The notes under the pieces are model-generated. The model was not told the DNA's origin. It did no database searches and saw nothing but the letters and a program-made list of their open reading frames with translations. A stretch of 64,000 nucleotides of DNA, from the NCBI GenBank assembly GCA_004764695.1, contig SMSO01000004.1, positions 310,001-374,000 of the forward strand. The letters run 5' to 3'. This document shows, piece after piece, positions 34,901 to 47,400 of this stretch. The stretch is from Schizochytrium sp. TIO01. Taxonomy: Eukaryota; Protista; Bigyra: Labyrinthulomycetes. The position numbers were made by a program, and so were the translations under genes. Position 1 is the stretch's first letter; every line of letters starts with the position of its first letter.

Positions 34901-36835
34901 TCCGAGTTCCGCTTCACTCATCACCTTTTACAATTTTTATTCTTTAAAATGAAAATGAGAATACATAAATTGAAAGTATATTCATCATTTTAAAATGGTA
35001 CACTTTAAACACTGGAGTGAGATTGGATAAAGATGTTTAACTTAGTAGGGTACTTAGGTAGTACTATGTATATGAAGAAATTCTCATTATTTTATATAAT
35101 ACTTTCTATGTCACATCATAGTAGTATGATCCTTATTAAATACATCAATTTCTACTTCTAGTAATGAAAATAAGAATGATAATAATAAGAAAATAGCACT
35201 GGATATCTTCTATATTTGAGATGGGAGGATCGACGCAGAAGCAGTGGTTTGATGCTTCCCAAGGGTCTTCATGCGAGAGGTTTGCGAGCGCAGGAACGTC
35301 TACAAAAAAGACGCCGGTGGGAAATGACGTTCGACTCCTGCTTCTGTGCGCATTGTAGAGTTTATTAAAGTCATGGTGTGCCATAGAAGTATCTGTTTTC
35401 TAAGTTTTATACTTGCATTTTGCCTAGCTAATCTTGTCTGTCTCCAGTTCAATCAACAACAAACCTTAGCGCTCATCGGTCTGGCTGCGATGACATAAAT
35501 GTTCGTGTGTAGCTTCAATCTATCTACCTATATACAGTCCAGAGAGTGCTTCGGTTCTTCGATCAATCTGCTCTCTCGCTGTCGGCTCTGTGCATCCTCG
35601 TTGCTGTTTATATCGAGTCTACAGCCTGGCCTATGGATCTTGCAGCGGCACAAACTCAACAAATAGCTCAGCAAAGATTGCGCGATGCTGGCGATTCGTG
35701 GACCGCATAATTAATTGCTTTCTTATGTTCGATGAAGTCTTCTTTCTTTCTTTTCACTTTCATATTTTCTTTCTGATTATAATAATCATATTGCCCTTCC
35801 GTATGAGAGATAAACTTGTTAATTTCGTAATTTTTTATTTTTCTAAACAAAGCTTTTCAAAAATGTCATATATGTATATATGAAGAAGAGACAGAGGATG
35901 CATGGTTCGATGGACTTTCCGGACTCCCCGATCTTTATATAGAATTTCATAGCTTTATACACCTTGAACTCAAGCTTGCCGCATTAGCCGCTCACGGAAG
36001 ATCTCTAGCGACTGGGCGCTCGTTTCTTCATAAGGCTCATCTGGTAAGCTGTCAATTCTATCTCACGCGAGCTTTCAATCGTGATTTTGCCTTCAATGGG
36101 CGCTTAATTTTATTTACTCTTTTTTCTTTTCTTTTTAATGAAAAAAATGAAAAAATGAAAAAATGAAAAAATAGTAGCAATAATACCATTGGAGATAATA
36201 ATAATAAATACACAGCTTGTTTTACTTTGAATAAGTATAGACAACAGTGTGTTTGCAATTGCGCTTGCAATTGCACAATATCTCGTGCACTCAGTACATG
36301 CTGACGATTCTACGGTATCGCGCAGGCCCAGTCCAGCGCAACAGGTCCTAGCAAGCCGCTCGTTGCGTGCGGGTGTGCTCGGCCGCCCTCGCTCGCACGG
36401 CGGACGGATGCCTGAATGGCTGTAAAATTATGCAACTTGAAGTTCTAAAATCCGAATAACCGCGGCGCTGACTTTATTATTACAGCTCTTGGCTCCAGCA
36501 TAAACTGATTTACATTCTTATTCCTATTCCGCGTTATAATCATGTATTGAATGCGAAACGTAAGGCAGGGATCCATCATATAATTCCGACTGGCAAATAA
36601 GTAGTTCATTCAAGTTCCTCTTGTGGGGCCCGCCGCCTGAGCTGCGTCATCTCCCAATTTACACGCCGCCGATTAGAGCTGCTTCTGCAACTTGGAGGGC
36701 TTTGAGCGTGCTCCCGCTTGCCACTCCGAGACGCTCAGGCCCGTCACCACCGCAGTAGTTTTGGGAAAGAAGTAGAACGCGACGATGGCGATCCTTCGAT
36801 TGTACATGTCAGTTCTTGTCGTGTCTTGATATCGT

Positions 36836-36855
36836 ATGATATGATATCATATCAT
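36836..36855. repeat. 20-bp perfect palindrome ATGATATGAT-ATCATATCAT
   Basis: Self-reverse-complementary; built from (ATGAT)2(ATCAT)2. Confidence 0.85.
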
Positions 36856-38153
36856 GTGATGCTGTGACTGCGCGAGTACAGGAGGATAGGACCATCGCTT
36901 TATCGCTTTTATAATTTGTAATACTGCGACTCTAAATGAAAACTGTTTGTGACGAAGCGCTCTGCTTCCGCGCCTGTTAGAGGCACCTACCTACACATGA
37001 TATGCGTGTGAATTGAATGCTATGTTGAACTTTCGTGGAATGGTTGCTTTACTTTTTTGGAGATTAGTCTGTTCTGCAAATTGTTGCGAGATATCGCTCG
37101 TTCCCAAAGTTCGCAAGCACAAGTTGAACTTTCTTCCGAAGTCTCTTTGAGCGAGTTCTTGATGACGCCTGCAGAATCGCAGCGTCGAGGCGCACACTGG
37201 CTACGCCTTCAGGTCCACGCTTAGACTTGTGAACAGTGGCAGTAAGCAAAGGATTAGAAGGCTGCAGACAGTTTTTGCACATGAAACAGTGGCTGTGATC
37301 AGTGGCTTTGGTCAACTGTTTATCTCAAAGAGAAGGAAAGAGGGAGAAGGCTATCTTGCCTTTGCAAGAAAGGTCTTGGCCATTATTAAGGCTGGCCTCG
37401 CTCTGTACTGTGTGGAGATGCAAAACGAAGGAGCAAAACTTGAGGGGCTACAGCAAAGGCCTCGCATAGCATCTGCACTGCTGTCGCCGCAGCCGTGCCG
37501 TTATTGCGATTGTTCTGCAGCTTCAAGACAAGCGGCCCGAAGCCAACGAATAAAAATTCCAAACCAATTAATTTCTTTTTTCTTTCTTTCTTTTTTTCTT
37601 CTGAACAATAACAAAAGAATCAGCACCTAACAGGCGGAGGCTAGCACAACCTCTTCTCTTGCTCAATCAAAACTCCATAGACCACGATCGACTTTTATGG
37701 ATCGATTATTTTCAGCCAGGTTCCTCGCAACGATTTGGATTCTATCCTGCAACCATGCAGATTCCCATGAGGCCTTTGCATCCCTGTAGACCTTTATGAA
37801 AAATGGGCACACTGTGTCTCGCAGTTTCGGTCCTAGAGAAGAATAGATGGGTTCTATCAGCTACGACTGATCTAAAATCGGCCCTGTTTTATTATTTATT
37901 TTAAATTAAGTCTGATTTTTTTTTAAGTTAAGATGTTTCCATCTTCGTTCTGCTCCTCTCTTTTATACTTTATCACATGCTCTTTTTTTTTCTTTTTTTT
38001 TAATAATAAACTAAAAAATAAAGTTTTGTTTATTCTTATTTTCATATCCTATCCTAAAGTAGTTTCTCAGTTAATAGGTGATATACCGGTGATAGGTAGG
38101 TAGTTCTAAGACTAGTTTGTTTTAAATAAAGGTATCAACAACCGTGACTTGAA

Positions 38154-38177
38154 GAAAGAAAGAAAGAAAGAAAGAAA
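38154..38177. repeat. (GAAA)6 microsatellite
   Basis: Read directly from the sequence. Confidence 0.8.
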
Positions 38178-39216
38178 ACTTACTGGATCAGTGAACCCTG
38201 GAATTCTCCAGACGGCGAACGATCGATCAGGCTGCTGAGAGCTCTAGGAAACCACTTCTGCTAAGGCCACACGCAGAGAAGGCCCTTTGTCGGGACACCA
38301 TTTGAGCCTGCGCGTCCTCGAAGCGAAGTCGCATCAGCGGTGCGGAGAAAGCAAAGGAAAGGAAAGGACTTGGAGAGGACCAGGAGAGCTAGGAAAACCG
38401 CTATAGGGGCAGTACTAGGACTATGGATGTTGTAGGAGGAGTGCTTCATGTTCATGCCTTCCGTGAAAGACGGCTACTACAACCAAAACAAGAGAACAGC
38501 TTCGACTCAAATTGTGTAGCAATCCTTGTCTCGTGAAGAAGAAGAAGAAGAAGATGATGATGATCCGTGGTCCTAAGATTGTCACGAACAAGGACAACAT
38601 TGTATGAAAATTGTGATCCTGTGAACACCATATATCTGTTGAGCGCTTTCACCATCCTTCGATTAGATTCATTGCTTCATCTGCAGTCCGCGTCACCTGC
38701 TCGCTTAAGGGGCGCATATCGCAGAGCAAGACGCAAGCGATCCCGAATCGTGGAGAAAGCGCGTGAGTAAGTGATGGATGATTGATAATCAGTCTTCTTA
38801 TGATTCTGGTTGTAAACCAAGTGAAGTTCCCATTCCTTTCATGACCATCGTTCCCTTTTTGGCATGTATCGAAGTGGGTCGAATAACTTGAAAGTTGGAT
38901 AATTTTAATTCTGATTGAATTGCGATATTCAAAAGAAAGATCATCGAAAGTAAAGACTTGAAGACTTGGAACTTGGAAGAAGCCGAGAAGTAAAAGATGA
39001 ATTAATAAAAATAAAAGTAAATAAACGAATGAAAGAATTCTTTGAGGCGTAATAAATGCCGAACAAATAAATGCTTCGATTGAGCAGAGTCGAAACAAAT
39101 CCAAACCCGAATCCAGGTGCTCTGGACGCGAAGGCCCAACTCCTTCGCCTCAGCACCTTAGGTGAAGAAACAGAAGCAGCAGTAGAGTCCGAAGCAGAAT
39201 CCTACGCTAAGCCAAC

Positions 39217-41148
39217 ATGCAGCAGCAACTCCGTCGCGGCGCCCAGACCCTGGCCGGACGCGGTGCCTTTCTTGGCAAGAGCTCCAAAAATCTCAACAAG
39301 CAGCTCCTGCAGATTCAGTCACCCTGCTCAATTCGTGGATTCCGCAGCTCTGCAGCGGTCTTGAACAACGAAGAAATCGAATACGTCGCATGGGAAGAGG
39401 CTGGTCACAGACTGCTTGAGAACCCAATTTATAACAAAAGCACGGCATTTGATGAGGAGGAGCGCAGGGCCCTCGGCCTTCGTGGTCTACTCCCACCACA
39501 TGTGGAGACCCTTGAGCAGCAGCTCGACCGCGCATATGCGTCTTACAAATCCAAGACAACCGATTTGGAGAAGCACATTATGCTCCGTCAGCTGCAGGAC
39601 ACGAATGAGGTCATGTTCTACGCTTTGCTGTCCCGCCACATTTCAGAGATGATGCCCATCGTCTACACCCCCACCGTTGGCCTCGCCGCCATCAAGTTTA
39701 GCCAGATCTGGCGTCGTCCTCGTGGAATTTTTATCTCATACCCGCTCCGGGCACAGATGCGCGATATGTTTAAGAACCTTATTGCTCGTGGTCACACTGG
39801 TGCTCCCGTAGATGTCGATACGCGTCTCAATGTCAGCACAATTGTGGTAACCGACGGAAGCCGCATCCTCGGTCTTGGCGACCTCGGAGCTAACGGCCAA
39901 AGTATTCCTATCGGTAAGTGCTCGTTGTACACGGCAATTGGAGGCATCCCCGGACCCGAAACCCTTCCAGTATTCCTTGACGTCGGAACCGACAACGAGG
40001 CTATCCTCAACCAGCCCAGTTACATCGGCTGGCGTAACAAGCGTCTTCGTGGCGAGGAGTATTTTAAGTTTATCGACCAGTTTGTGAATTGCGTTAAGGA
40101 GTTCTTTCCCAACGCTCTTCTCCAGTGGGAGGATTTCGATATCCAATCTGCATCGCCTATCCTGAAAAAATACCGCAACGAGCTTTGTACTTTCAATGAT
40201 GATATCCAGGGAACCGCTACCATTGTTCTTGCGACACTCCTGGCTGCTTGCAAACAGACCAACATCTCGCTCAAGGACCGCGATATCGTTATGGTTGGTG
40301 CAGGAAGCGCTGGTTGTGGTATCGCTGAAATGATTAAGAAGGGTATGGTCCGCGAAGGTCTCACTGAAGAAGAGGCTCGAAGCCGAATTTACATGGTCGA
40401 TCGCTATGGTCTTGTGCATGACGGACAAGAAAACCTTCTTCCCTTCCAGCGCGATCTCGCAACCCCACTCGCAGAGTGCAGCAACTGGCGTGGTGGCGAG
40501 GATGGCCAGTACAGCCTTGTGGACGTGATCAAGAACGTTAAACCCTCTGTCATGATCGGAGTCACCGGTATGCCAGGACTCTTTACAGAAGATGCTGTCC
40601 GCGCTATGGCCGCAGGTTGTGCCCGCCCTGTTATCTTCCCTCTCAGTAACCCGACTCATCGTGCTGAGGGTACCCCTGCTGACATGATGGCATGGAGTGA
40701 TAACCGTGCTGTTGTGGCGACTGGCACTCAGTTTGAGCCCACTGAGGTTGTTATTGCTCGCACCAAGTATACTCGCACACTCAAGACCTTTGTACACTCT
40801 ATGGCCAACAACTCTTGGATTTTCCCTGCAATTGGCCTTGCCTGCAAGGTCGTTGGCGCCACCCGTGTGACCGATGAAATGCTCATGGTTGCCGCACAGT
40901 CTCTGGCTGAGTGCAGCCCTGGTCGTAACGGCGACCAGGATGCCCCACTCCTCCCACCTAATGAAGAGCTTGTGAACGTTACCAAATATATTGCTACTCG
41001 CGTCTGCCAGGAGTGTATTCGCGAAGGCCACGCCTCTAAGAATGGTGAGGATGGTGACTTTGAGCGTCTCAAGAAGATTGTGGATTCGACGTTCTGGCAC
41101 CCCAAGTACAAGCGCGTCGAAATCGACTCTGCCATGTGGACTAGGTAA
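39217..41148 (+). CDS. maeA: Malic enzyme (malate dehydrogenase, decarboxylating), SfcA/MaeA-like, with predicted mitochondrial presequence
   Basis: MMPIVYTPTVG, VVTDGSRILGLGDLG, IPIGK, LQWEDF, FNDDIQGT, GAGSAGCGIA, IFPLSNPT. Arg-rich, acid-free N-terminus. Strong C-ending codon bias. Confidence 0.95.
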   Translation: MQQQLRRGAQTLAGRGAFLGKSSKNLNKQLLQIQSPCSIRGFRSSAAVLNNEEIEYVAWEEAGHRLLENPIYNKSTAFDEEERRALGLRGLLPPHVETLEQQLDRAYASYKSKTTDLEKHIMLRQLQDTNEVMFYALLSRHISEMMPIVYTPTVGLAAIKFSQIWRRPRGIFISYPLRAQMRDMFKNLIARGHTGAPVDVDTRLNVSTIVVTDGSRILGLGDLGANGQSIPIGKCSLYTAIGGIPGPETLPVFLDVGTDNEAILNQPSYIGWRNKRLRGEEYFKFIDQFVNCVKEFFPNALLQWEDFDIQSASPILKKYRNELCTFNDDIQGTATIVLATLLAACKQTNISLKDRDIVMVGAGSAGCGIAEMIKKGMVREGLTEEEARSRIYMVDRYGLVHDGQENLLPFQRDLATPLAECSNWRGGEDGQYSLVDVIKNVKPSVMIGVTGMPGLFTEDAVRAMAAGCARPVIFPLSNPTHRAEGTPADMMAWSDNRAVVATGTQFEPTEVVIARTKYTRTLKTFVHSMANNSWIFPAIGLACKVVGATRVTDEMLMVAAQSLAECSPGRNGDQDAPLLPPNEELVNVTKYIATRVCQECIREGHASKNGEDGDFERLKKIVDSTFWHPKYKRVEIDSAMWTR

Positions 41149-41976
41149 ATACTTGGTGGTGCGGAGTTTCTTTTGCTGTATTCTAAATCACAAGAGAGTA
41201 CACTGCAGTGCAACCTGCCTCAAAAATCTCAAACGATACACACATGACTACAGAAATTTGATGGCTTCAGTTTTCAAGATGCAACAATGGGTTTAATGTT
41301 TCCACGTATTTCTCCCTCCTTCCGGTCAAGCCGTGTACAAGGTTCACTGTTTGTACATGCTGCGAGTATGTCAGCATGTCTAGGCCTTCCAGTGTGATGA
41401 CGCGTTTACAAACCAAGCTCTTTAATAATATTTTTTTTAATTGAGCAAGCAACTCTAGGAGAGTACCTAGTGTATCAATCCAGACCAAGCTGAGCATAAG
41501 ATCCCGAAGTGTCGCGTCAATATCGATCAATAACCACTGACAAGCAAGTACAACCTTATGTTTAAAGTAGAAGTCAGGTTGGGCAGATTACACTTCGAAC
41601 TACACTTCTACTGTCTTAACGAGTTAAAGACACAGGTGTTCGCACACACGTAAGATTCACCATCTCAATATAGTAACATTTACAACCAGCACTCTGTTTT
41701 TCTTATCTCTACTTTTTCACAATTTCTAGAATATTCCGAAGGCAATCACATGTAGAAAATAGCTCCTCAAGTTGATTAGTTGGTGTACGGAACAAGTCGC
41801 TGGTGTTTCGATGGAAATAGAACAGTAAACATAAAATGATCACAATGAATGATTTTCTTTATTTCTGCGAGCTGTAAGAAGAAGAAAAAAAGATATTCGC
41901 TTCATAGATGTTCATCTTGTCATGTCTAAATTGCATGCAACGTTGTCAACGTTACTCTGAAAATACATCAACCAGC

Positions 41977-42701
41977 TTACTGGTACTTGACTCCATCCAT
42001 AAAAGTGCGTGGGTCCGGGGCAGAACCACTAAACTCAGCACCACTAAAATCGAATCCGGGATGCTCCTCCTGAAACCTTTCAAGGGTCATCTTTTTCTGT
42101 ACTTCTGCCTTTGCCAAAGGATCTAAGGTGCCATGTCCGCGCAGCGCGCTTTCCCAAGTCGCTGCCTTGCGCATTTTTTTCAAGTTGATTTCGATCTCAC
42201 CATCATCAATTGTCCACATTGACTCTCCTGCCTCGCAGCTATCGCCAAGATCCTCCTGTATAAATTGCGAACGTACATTGACATTACCGTCCAGGAAGAG
42301 AAAGAATCACGTTATCGTCAACGGTACAGCAAACAAAAGACCAGACCATGAAATGGCGTCGCATAATGCATACCCAAAGTATTATACAGTGAGAATTCGT
42401 TCAATTTAAATCGATACTCTGCTTTATTCAAGTGCCTGGCAGCTTCTTATGTAAATCTTGGTAACTTGAACATTGGAAAGGTCAAAACTTGCCTTCAGCA
42501 GGAACAACAACTTACATCAATAAAAGGCGGGTTTCCCTTGATACCAAGCGTGAGGTGGGTTTTTGTAATTTTGCAATCAATCATCTTACCCGTGACGCCA
42601 GGAGGTGGTCTCACATAGATGAGAACCTCGTCCAGGTTCTGCTCCCATTCGTAGATGAGCTGGCCATTGTGCTCAAACCGCAACCGCTTCGAGTCGCCCA
42701 T
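41977..42701 (-). CDS. NUDCD2: NudC domain-containing protein 2 (CS/p23 co-chaperone), 2 exons: 42701-42516 and 42255-41977 (154 aa)
   Basis: YEWEQNLDEVLIY, ESMWTIDDGEIEINLKK, LERFQEEHPGFDFSGAEFSG. A GTAAGT...TACAG intron at 42515-42256 joins the two ORF pieces in frame. Confidence 0.9.
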
Positions 42702-43066
42702 GATGGCTTCTTAAAAACTAAGAACTGAAACTCCGCGTGAAAGGACACTATAAGAGAGGAGATACCGAGGTCTGGACTCTTGATTAAGCCCCTCCAAATG
42801 TCGCGGTCAGCGACAGGATTATCTCAGCAAATCAAGCTTTGCCTGCCCTTTTCCAAACGCTCTTTGAACAAAAGTTCAACTTTTCTTCTCTTCGAGCCGA
42901 CTTTGGAAAGGAACATGTCAAAGTGAACAAAGAGAACACCCTCAACTTGATTTTAGAAGGAAAGAAGAAAAAAGAGACGACAAGATGTTTCGCATTAATG
43001 CAAATCAAATCGAAAACCCGAGTTTAGGACGTACTGGCTTCGTGTCTTGGCCAAGGTCAAGGCAGG

Positions 43067-43968
43067 ATGCCACGCGCTGAGATTGCTACGGAGAAGCGGC
43101 ACAAGAAGCCGCCCGGGTACTGTTGGTACTGCTGGTGGTGCATCAATAATGAACATTCTTGGATGTTTGGGGTTCCCATCCTCAATCTTGTTTTCACGCT
43201 TGTGCTTCTTGGTATCTTCGTTGCGTTTCGGCAGATCACAGTGTCAGTAGACGGAACGACGTACTATTTTGATATCTTTAGCCCGAGCTTTGACAGCCTC
43301 TTTGAGTTCACGTACTATGGAAATTGCTCCGTAGTCAGCGATGACATCATGGTCGCCCTCAAGGCGGCACCGTCATGGCAAATCTCCTCCATTTTTTACG
43401 TCCTTTTTCTTATATTTGGTATTTTAATGAGCTGTCCTCTCATTTGGCTCGCCAATGCAGAGGTTCAAGGTAATATTGACGTCCAATCGTTTGAGCCTGG
43501 CCACCGCTATGCACTGATTGTCTATTCTTCTGTGTACCTTTTCGTCTATATTATAATTCTTGTCGTAAGTTTGACTCAATCAATACGTGAGCAAATGCTC
43601 AACACTACTGTCCTTTGCTCATTCCAACAAACGAAAACGTTGTACTAACACAGCTGCATAATCTCTCTCTGCCTCCGCCTGTTGCGCAAAATTGCTTCTT
43701 TGTTTAGATTGGAGGAAATGCTTCATATCCGTATTGGTGGGGTTGCTTTGATGAGGTGGACTCTCTCCTTGCCTCTGTTGACAGCTCTGCGAGCTCATCT
43801 CTCGAGGGTGCCCAGTACCCAATGATTGCCAATTGGGCGATCGACTGGGCTACCATGGTGCTGGCTTTGATTCTTACCGTTGTCTTTCTTTTTGTTCTAG
43901 GCAAACCAAGGCCGTTCTATGACCCAATTGCATGGGATCCACAGTACGAGCTTTCCCGAGGAGGATAG
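43067..43968 (+). CDS. Uncharacterised ~4-TM membrane protein, 2 exons: 43067-43564 and 43708-43968 (~252 aa)
   Basis: Donor GTAAGT at 43565, TACTAAC at 43643, acceptor TTTGTTTAG ending 43707. The phase-0 join links hydrophobic ORFs 43067 and 43756. Confidence 0.7.
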
Positions 43969-44441
43969 AAAAGGTTTGTCTAGAGCTATTTTATGCAGAT
44001 ATACATATATATGCCTAGTCTCAGATGCCCAGAAAATAAATTTGTCATCCGTGACTGCGGACCGACTCAACTAGATTTACTACAAGGCGCTATCTCCAAT
44101 GGTAAAATGCTAGATCCTTTCCCATTTCTAATTAGAACGGGGGGAAAATGAGATTTATTGCTAATATCTCGAGGAAACCCGTTCTTCATTTGCATGGAAG
44201 TTCAACACTTCGTACCCTATTCTCAATATGTTTTAAATTCTTTGCATCATTTCAAATCCTATGAATTTTGCATAAAGACCTAATTCTTGATATATATTTT
44301 TTACCGCGCACCTTGGCAACGCATCCTTAACTCAACCCGAAGAGCCCAAACAACAGAACAGAAATATAGTGGTGTTAAAATTAGGAACTGTGTTTTACAA
44401 ATAGAGCAGAAATGACTACTTTCGAATCGTATTTCTGACCA

Positions 44442-47400
44442 TCAGAGATCATCTTCATCGATATGATGGACCGACTCGGATTCACTCGAAGGCTGCTGCC
44501 GCGACACAGGTGGGGGAGGGGGTGCCCTCCGCTGGGCAAGTTGAAGAACAGACAGCATTTGACCAGTTGCAGCATTGTAGTAGTATCCGTCGCCTGCTGC
44601 GCGCCAAAATGAACTTGGAGCAAACTGACGAGGAAATTGTGGATTAGGCTCATCTGAAGAGCCACGAGGAATCTCGGCCCATGAAATACGACGAGAGAGG
44701 TTATGTGATAACCGCGTCCGATCACGCATACGAACTGCCGCAGGTACGCGCTCCATGGTAGTTTGATATGCCGGACGTCTAGGGTGTTTCGGGATATCAG
44801 CCTCAGAGTAGTCGTCGAACCCTGAGATTCTTTTCTGAGGCTTGGACATTTCCTCAAATGCAGCCTGCTCTTCGGCCGCAGCTTCTACCAGCTCATCCTT
44901 GAGTTCAAGGAAAGAAAGAGCAGTTACACGATGGTACATGTCAACTTTTCTCCAGTACACAAGCAATCTCATAAAGCGAGTGAGTCTCACAATCATTGCA
45001 AGAATAATTTGTGTAATGAGGCTTCCTTCTGAAGCAAAGACTTGAGACGTAAGAGCGAGGTCTGCAACTGACAAGAAGCCCAAGAAGGCATCTCGAGAGC
45101 CATACCATGTACAATCAAGTTTGCCATCGAGAGTTATAGGGATAAGGAAGAAGAGTTGCAAAAAGAAGTACAGGCCGTACAATATTGAAATGGAAACCGA
45201 AGCCACAATTACACCTGGCTCAAGTTTTGGAACTTCTGCTCCACAAATATACATCGTACTGAAAAAGTCCGAAAGAAAAAGCAAAAGGGCCATGTTACGA
45301 TCAAGTATAAATGCGACCACTGGATGTTGAAGGAATGAAAGTCGGCTGCCTCGCGTAACAGACTCCTCCGAAAACTCCGAATGTGGTCCTTTCGGTGTCC
45401 CCTCGCTTACAATGTGATCAACTCGATTTTGCGAGAGGTTGAAATCTGAAACATGAGGCAAGGGGCTTGGTGTAAGGCTTACAGTACCAGTTCTAGGGGT
45501 ACGAGGGTTCCGGGTAGTCAGAGGGGTTGAGTAAGTAGACAACTTAGCTGCTGTTTCGCTACGTTTCATCGTCGGCGTTTGTGCTTCAAGCATAGTTCCC
45601 ATAGTATTGTTCTTTGGTGTTGCCAACAAGCGTCGACGCGAGCCTTCATCAAAAACTAAAGCAATATTGGATGGCCTCATTCGCGTCTCGTCATCCACTG
45701 TGCGTCGTTTAACACGGTCTCCACGCTTACGTACGTATCGAATGTAAAAGTCTGCAGCGCTAAGACCTCGAAAGACCATTACAAAGATCATAAGCACAAG
45801 GATGCACATGTATTCGTCTCGATTGTCATAAGAAAGGCTCCTTAAAATCACGTCGCCAGTCCGGGATGCCTTTTCAAGTGTCGTAAGGTCACTACCTGCA
45901 AAAAGTTGAACGCCTGCAAGGTCATTAATAAGGGTCGCTACAAAAGACCAATAAGTGACCATAATATAGGGAATCCATTGTAGGTATGTCGGCAAGTCGC
46001 TTAATCTTACAATGAAACCATTAAATAGTGCACCAAGACCAAGGAGCCCAATCTCTAACATTGCTGCAATGCGCACGTTGTCACGGTCAATTTCGATAAG
46101 TACATTCTGGCATAAGACGACGAGTGAGGTCAGCGCCATGGTCAGTAAGAAAATGCCGAACCGCTCTGGGTCCGGGTTCAATCCGCCAATCCAATATACT
46201 GGAATAGAAAAGGCAAGGGCTTCGAGTGTGGAGCTTACTGCATCACGCATAAACTGGCTCAACAAAAAGGCAATCCATGAGCGAAAGGTACCAGCATCTG
46301 CTTCATAATCATACATACGTTTCTCACCAAGGTAGCGGTCGCCAAGAAATGTACCTTCAATGAATGTCATGGTCGCCACTGTCAAATACGCCAGTGCTGT
46401 ACGAGAGCTGTACGTGTTTACATCTACAAATATGACTCCTACTAAAACACCTCCGCCCAACGAAAGTAGTGTCGTTGTGGTAATTTCAAAGCCCCCGCGA
46501 AGAATCGATCGCGAAAGATGTACCCACGCCAACGTGGCTGCTGACGACGACTCAGACCATGACCAGCGTCCCTCTGCAAGGGAGTTTTCCACAAGAATCT
46601 CCTTGAGGTCTTTTAGCATTGCCGGGGTCAACTCAGCTGTTTCGTACTCCATTTCCTCTTGTACAGCTTCTCCTAAAGCTCCCTGCTCATATGCATATTC
46701 GAAATTATGAACATGCTCATCCGAGCAAGTCTGCAGCATATCAAGAATATCGTTAGCGACGTTCGTAGCGGCTGGCGAGATACCAAAGTGCCTTGGTGCT
46801 TCTCTTGCCTCACCGGAAAATACAACTCGCCCACTAACAAGAAAACTAAGACGGTCAAAGTACTCAAATATTTCGCGGCGTGGTTGATGAATCGTCATAA
46901 TAACATTCACGCTTGCTTCGTGAGCCATAACATGCAGAGATTTTATCAGTAACAGTGCATTTGTGGAATCCAATCCTGATGTCGGTTCATCAAGTAGAAG
47001 GACTGCTGGCATTTTAAGTAATTGAGTGGCAACAGACACACGCCGTCGCTGTCCACCCGAGATACCTCCCTCCACAGTGACGCCTCCGTCGCCACAAATT
47101 GTGTCAGCACATTCTCTAAGCTCCAGTAGCCTCATTACTTGCCAGACGCGCCGTAGCTTCGCTTCTGCTGTCATGTATTGAGGGAGCATCATCCAAGCTG
47201 CGTGGACGAGGTGCTCGCGAACAGTCAGGCGAGGGAAAATGACATCAGCCTGCCTTACATAGCTGGTGTTATGACGAAGCCACTGTCTTAAGAATTTGCA
47301 GGATGGCGAGTCTGATGCAACGCCATTTATGTAATGACCTCCTGAAATTGATCCCATATCTCTTGTGAGAGCTAGAATATCAAGCAGCGTCGATTTGCCA

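Noticed and set aside
39736-41100. 454-aa antisense ORF
   Set aside because: Lies wholly opposite the malic enzyme. It is explained by strong codon bias on the sense strand and has no recognisable motifs.
41267-41530. Kinase-like words (GTLLELL, LEGL, NLVHG), with similar faint ones near 640-680 and 37290-37315
   Set aside because: Too few conserved positions; likely chance resemblance without a profile search.
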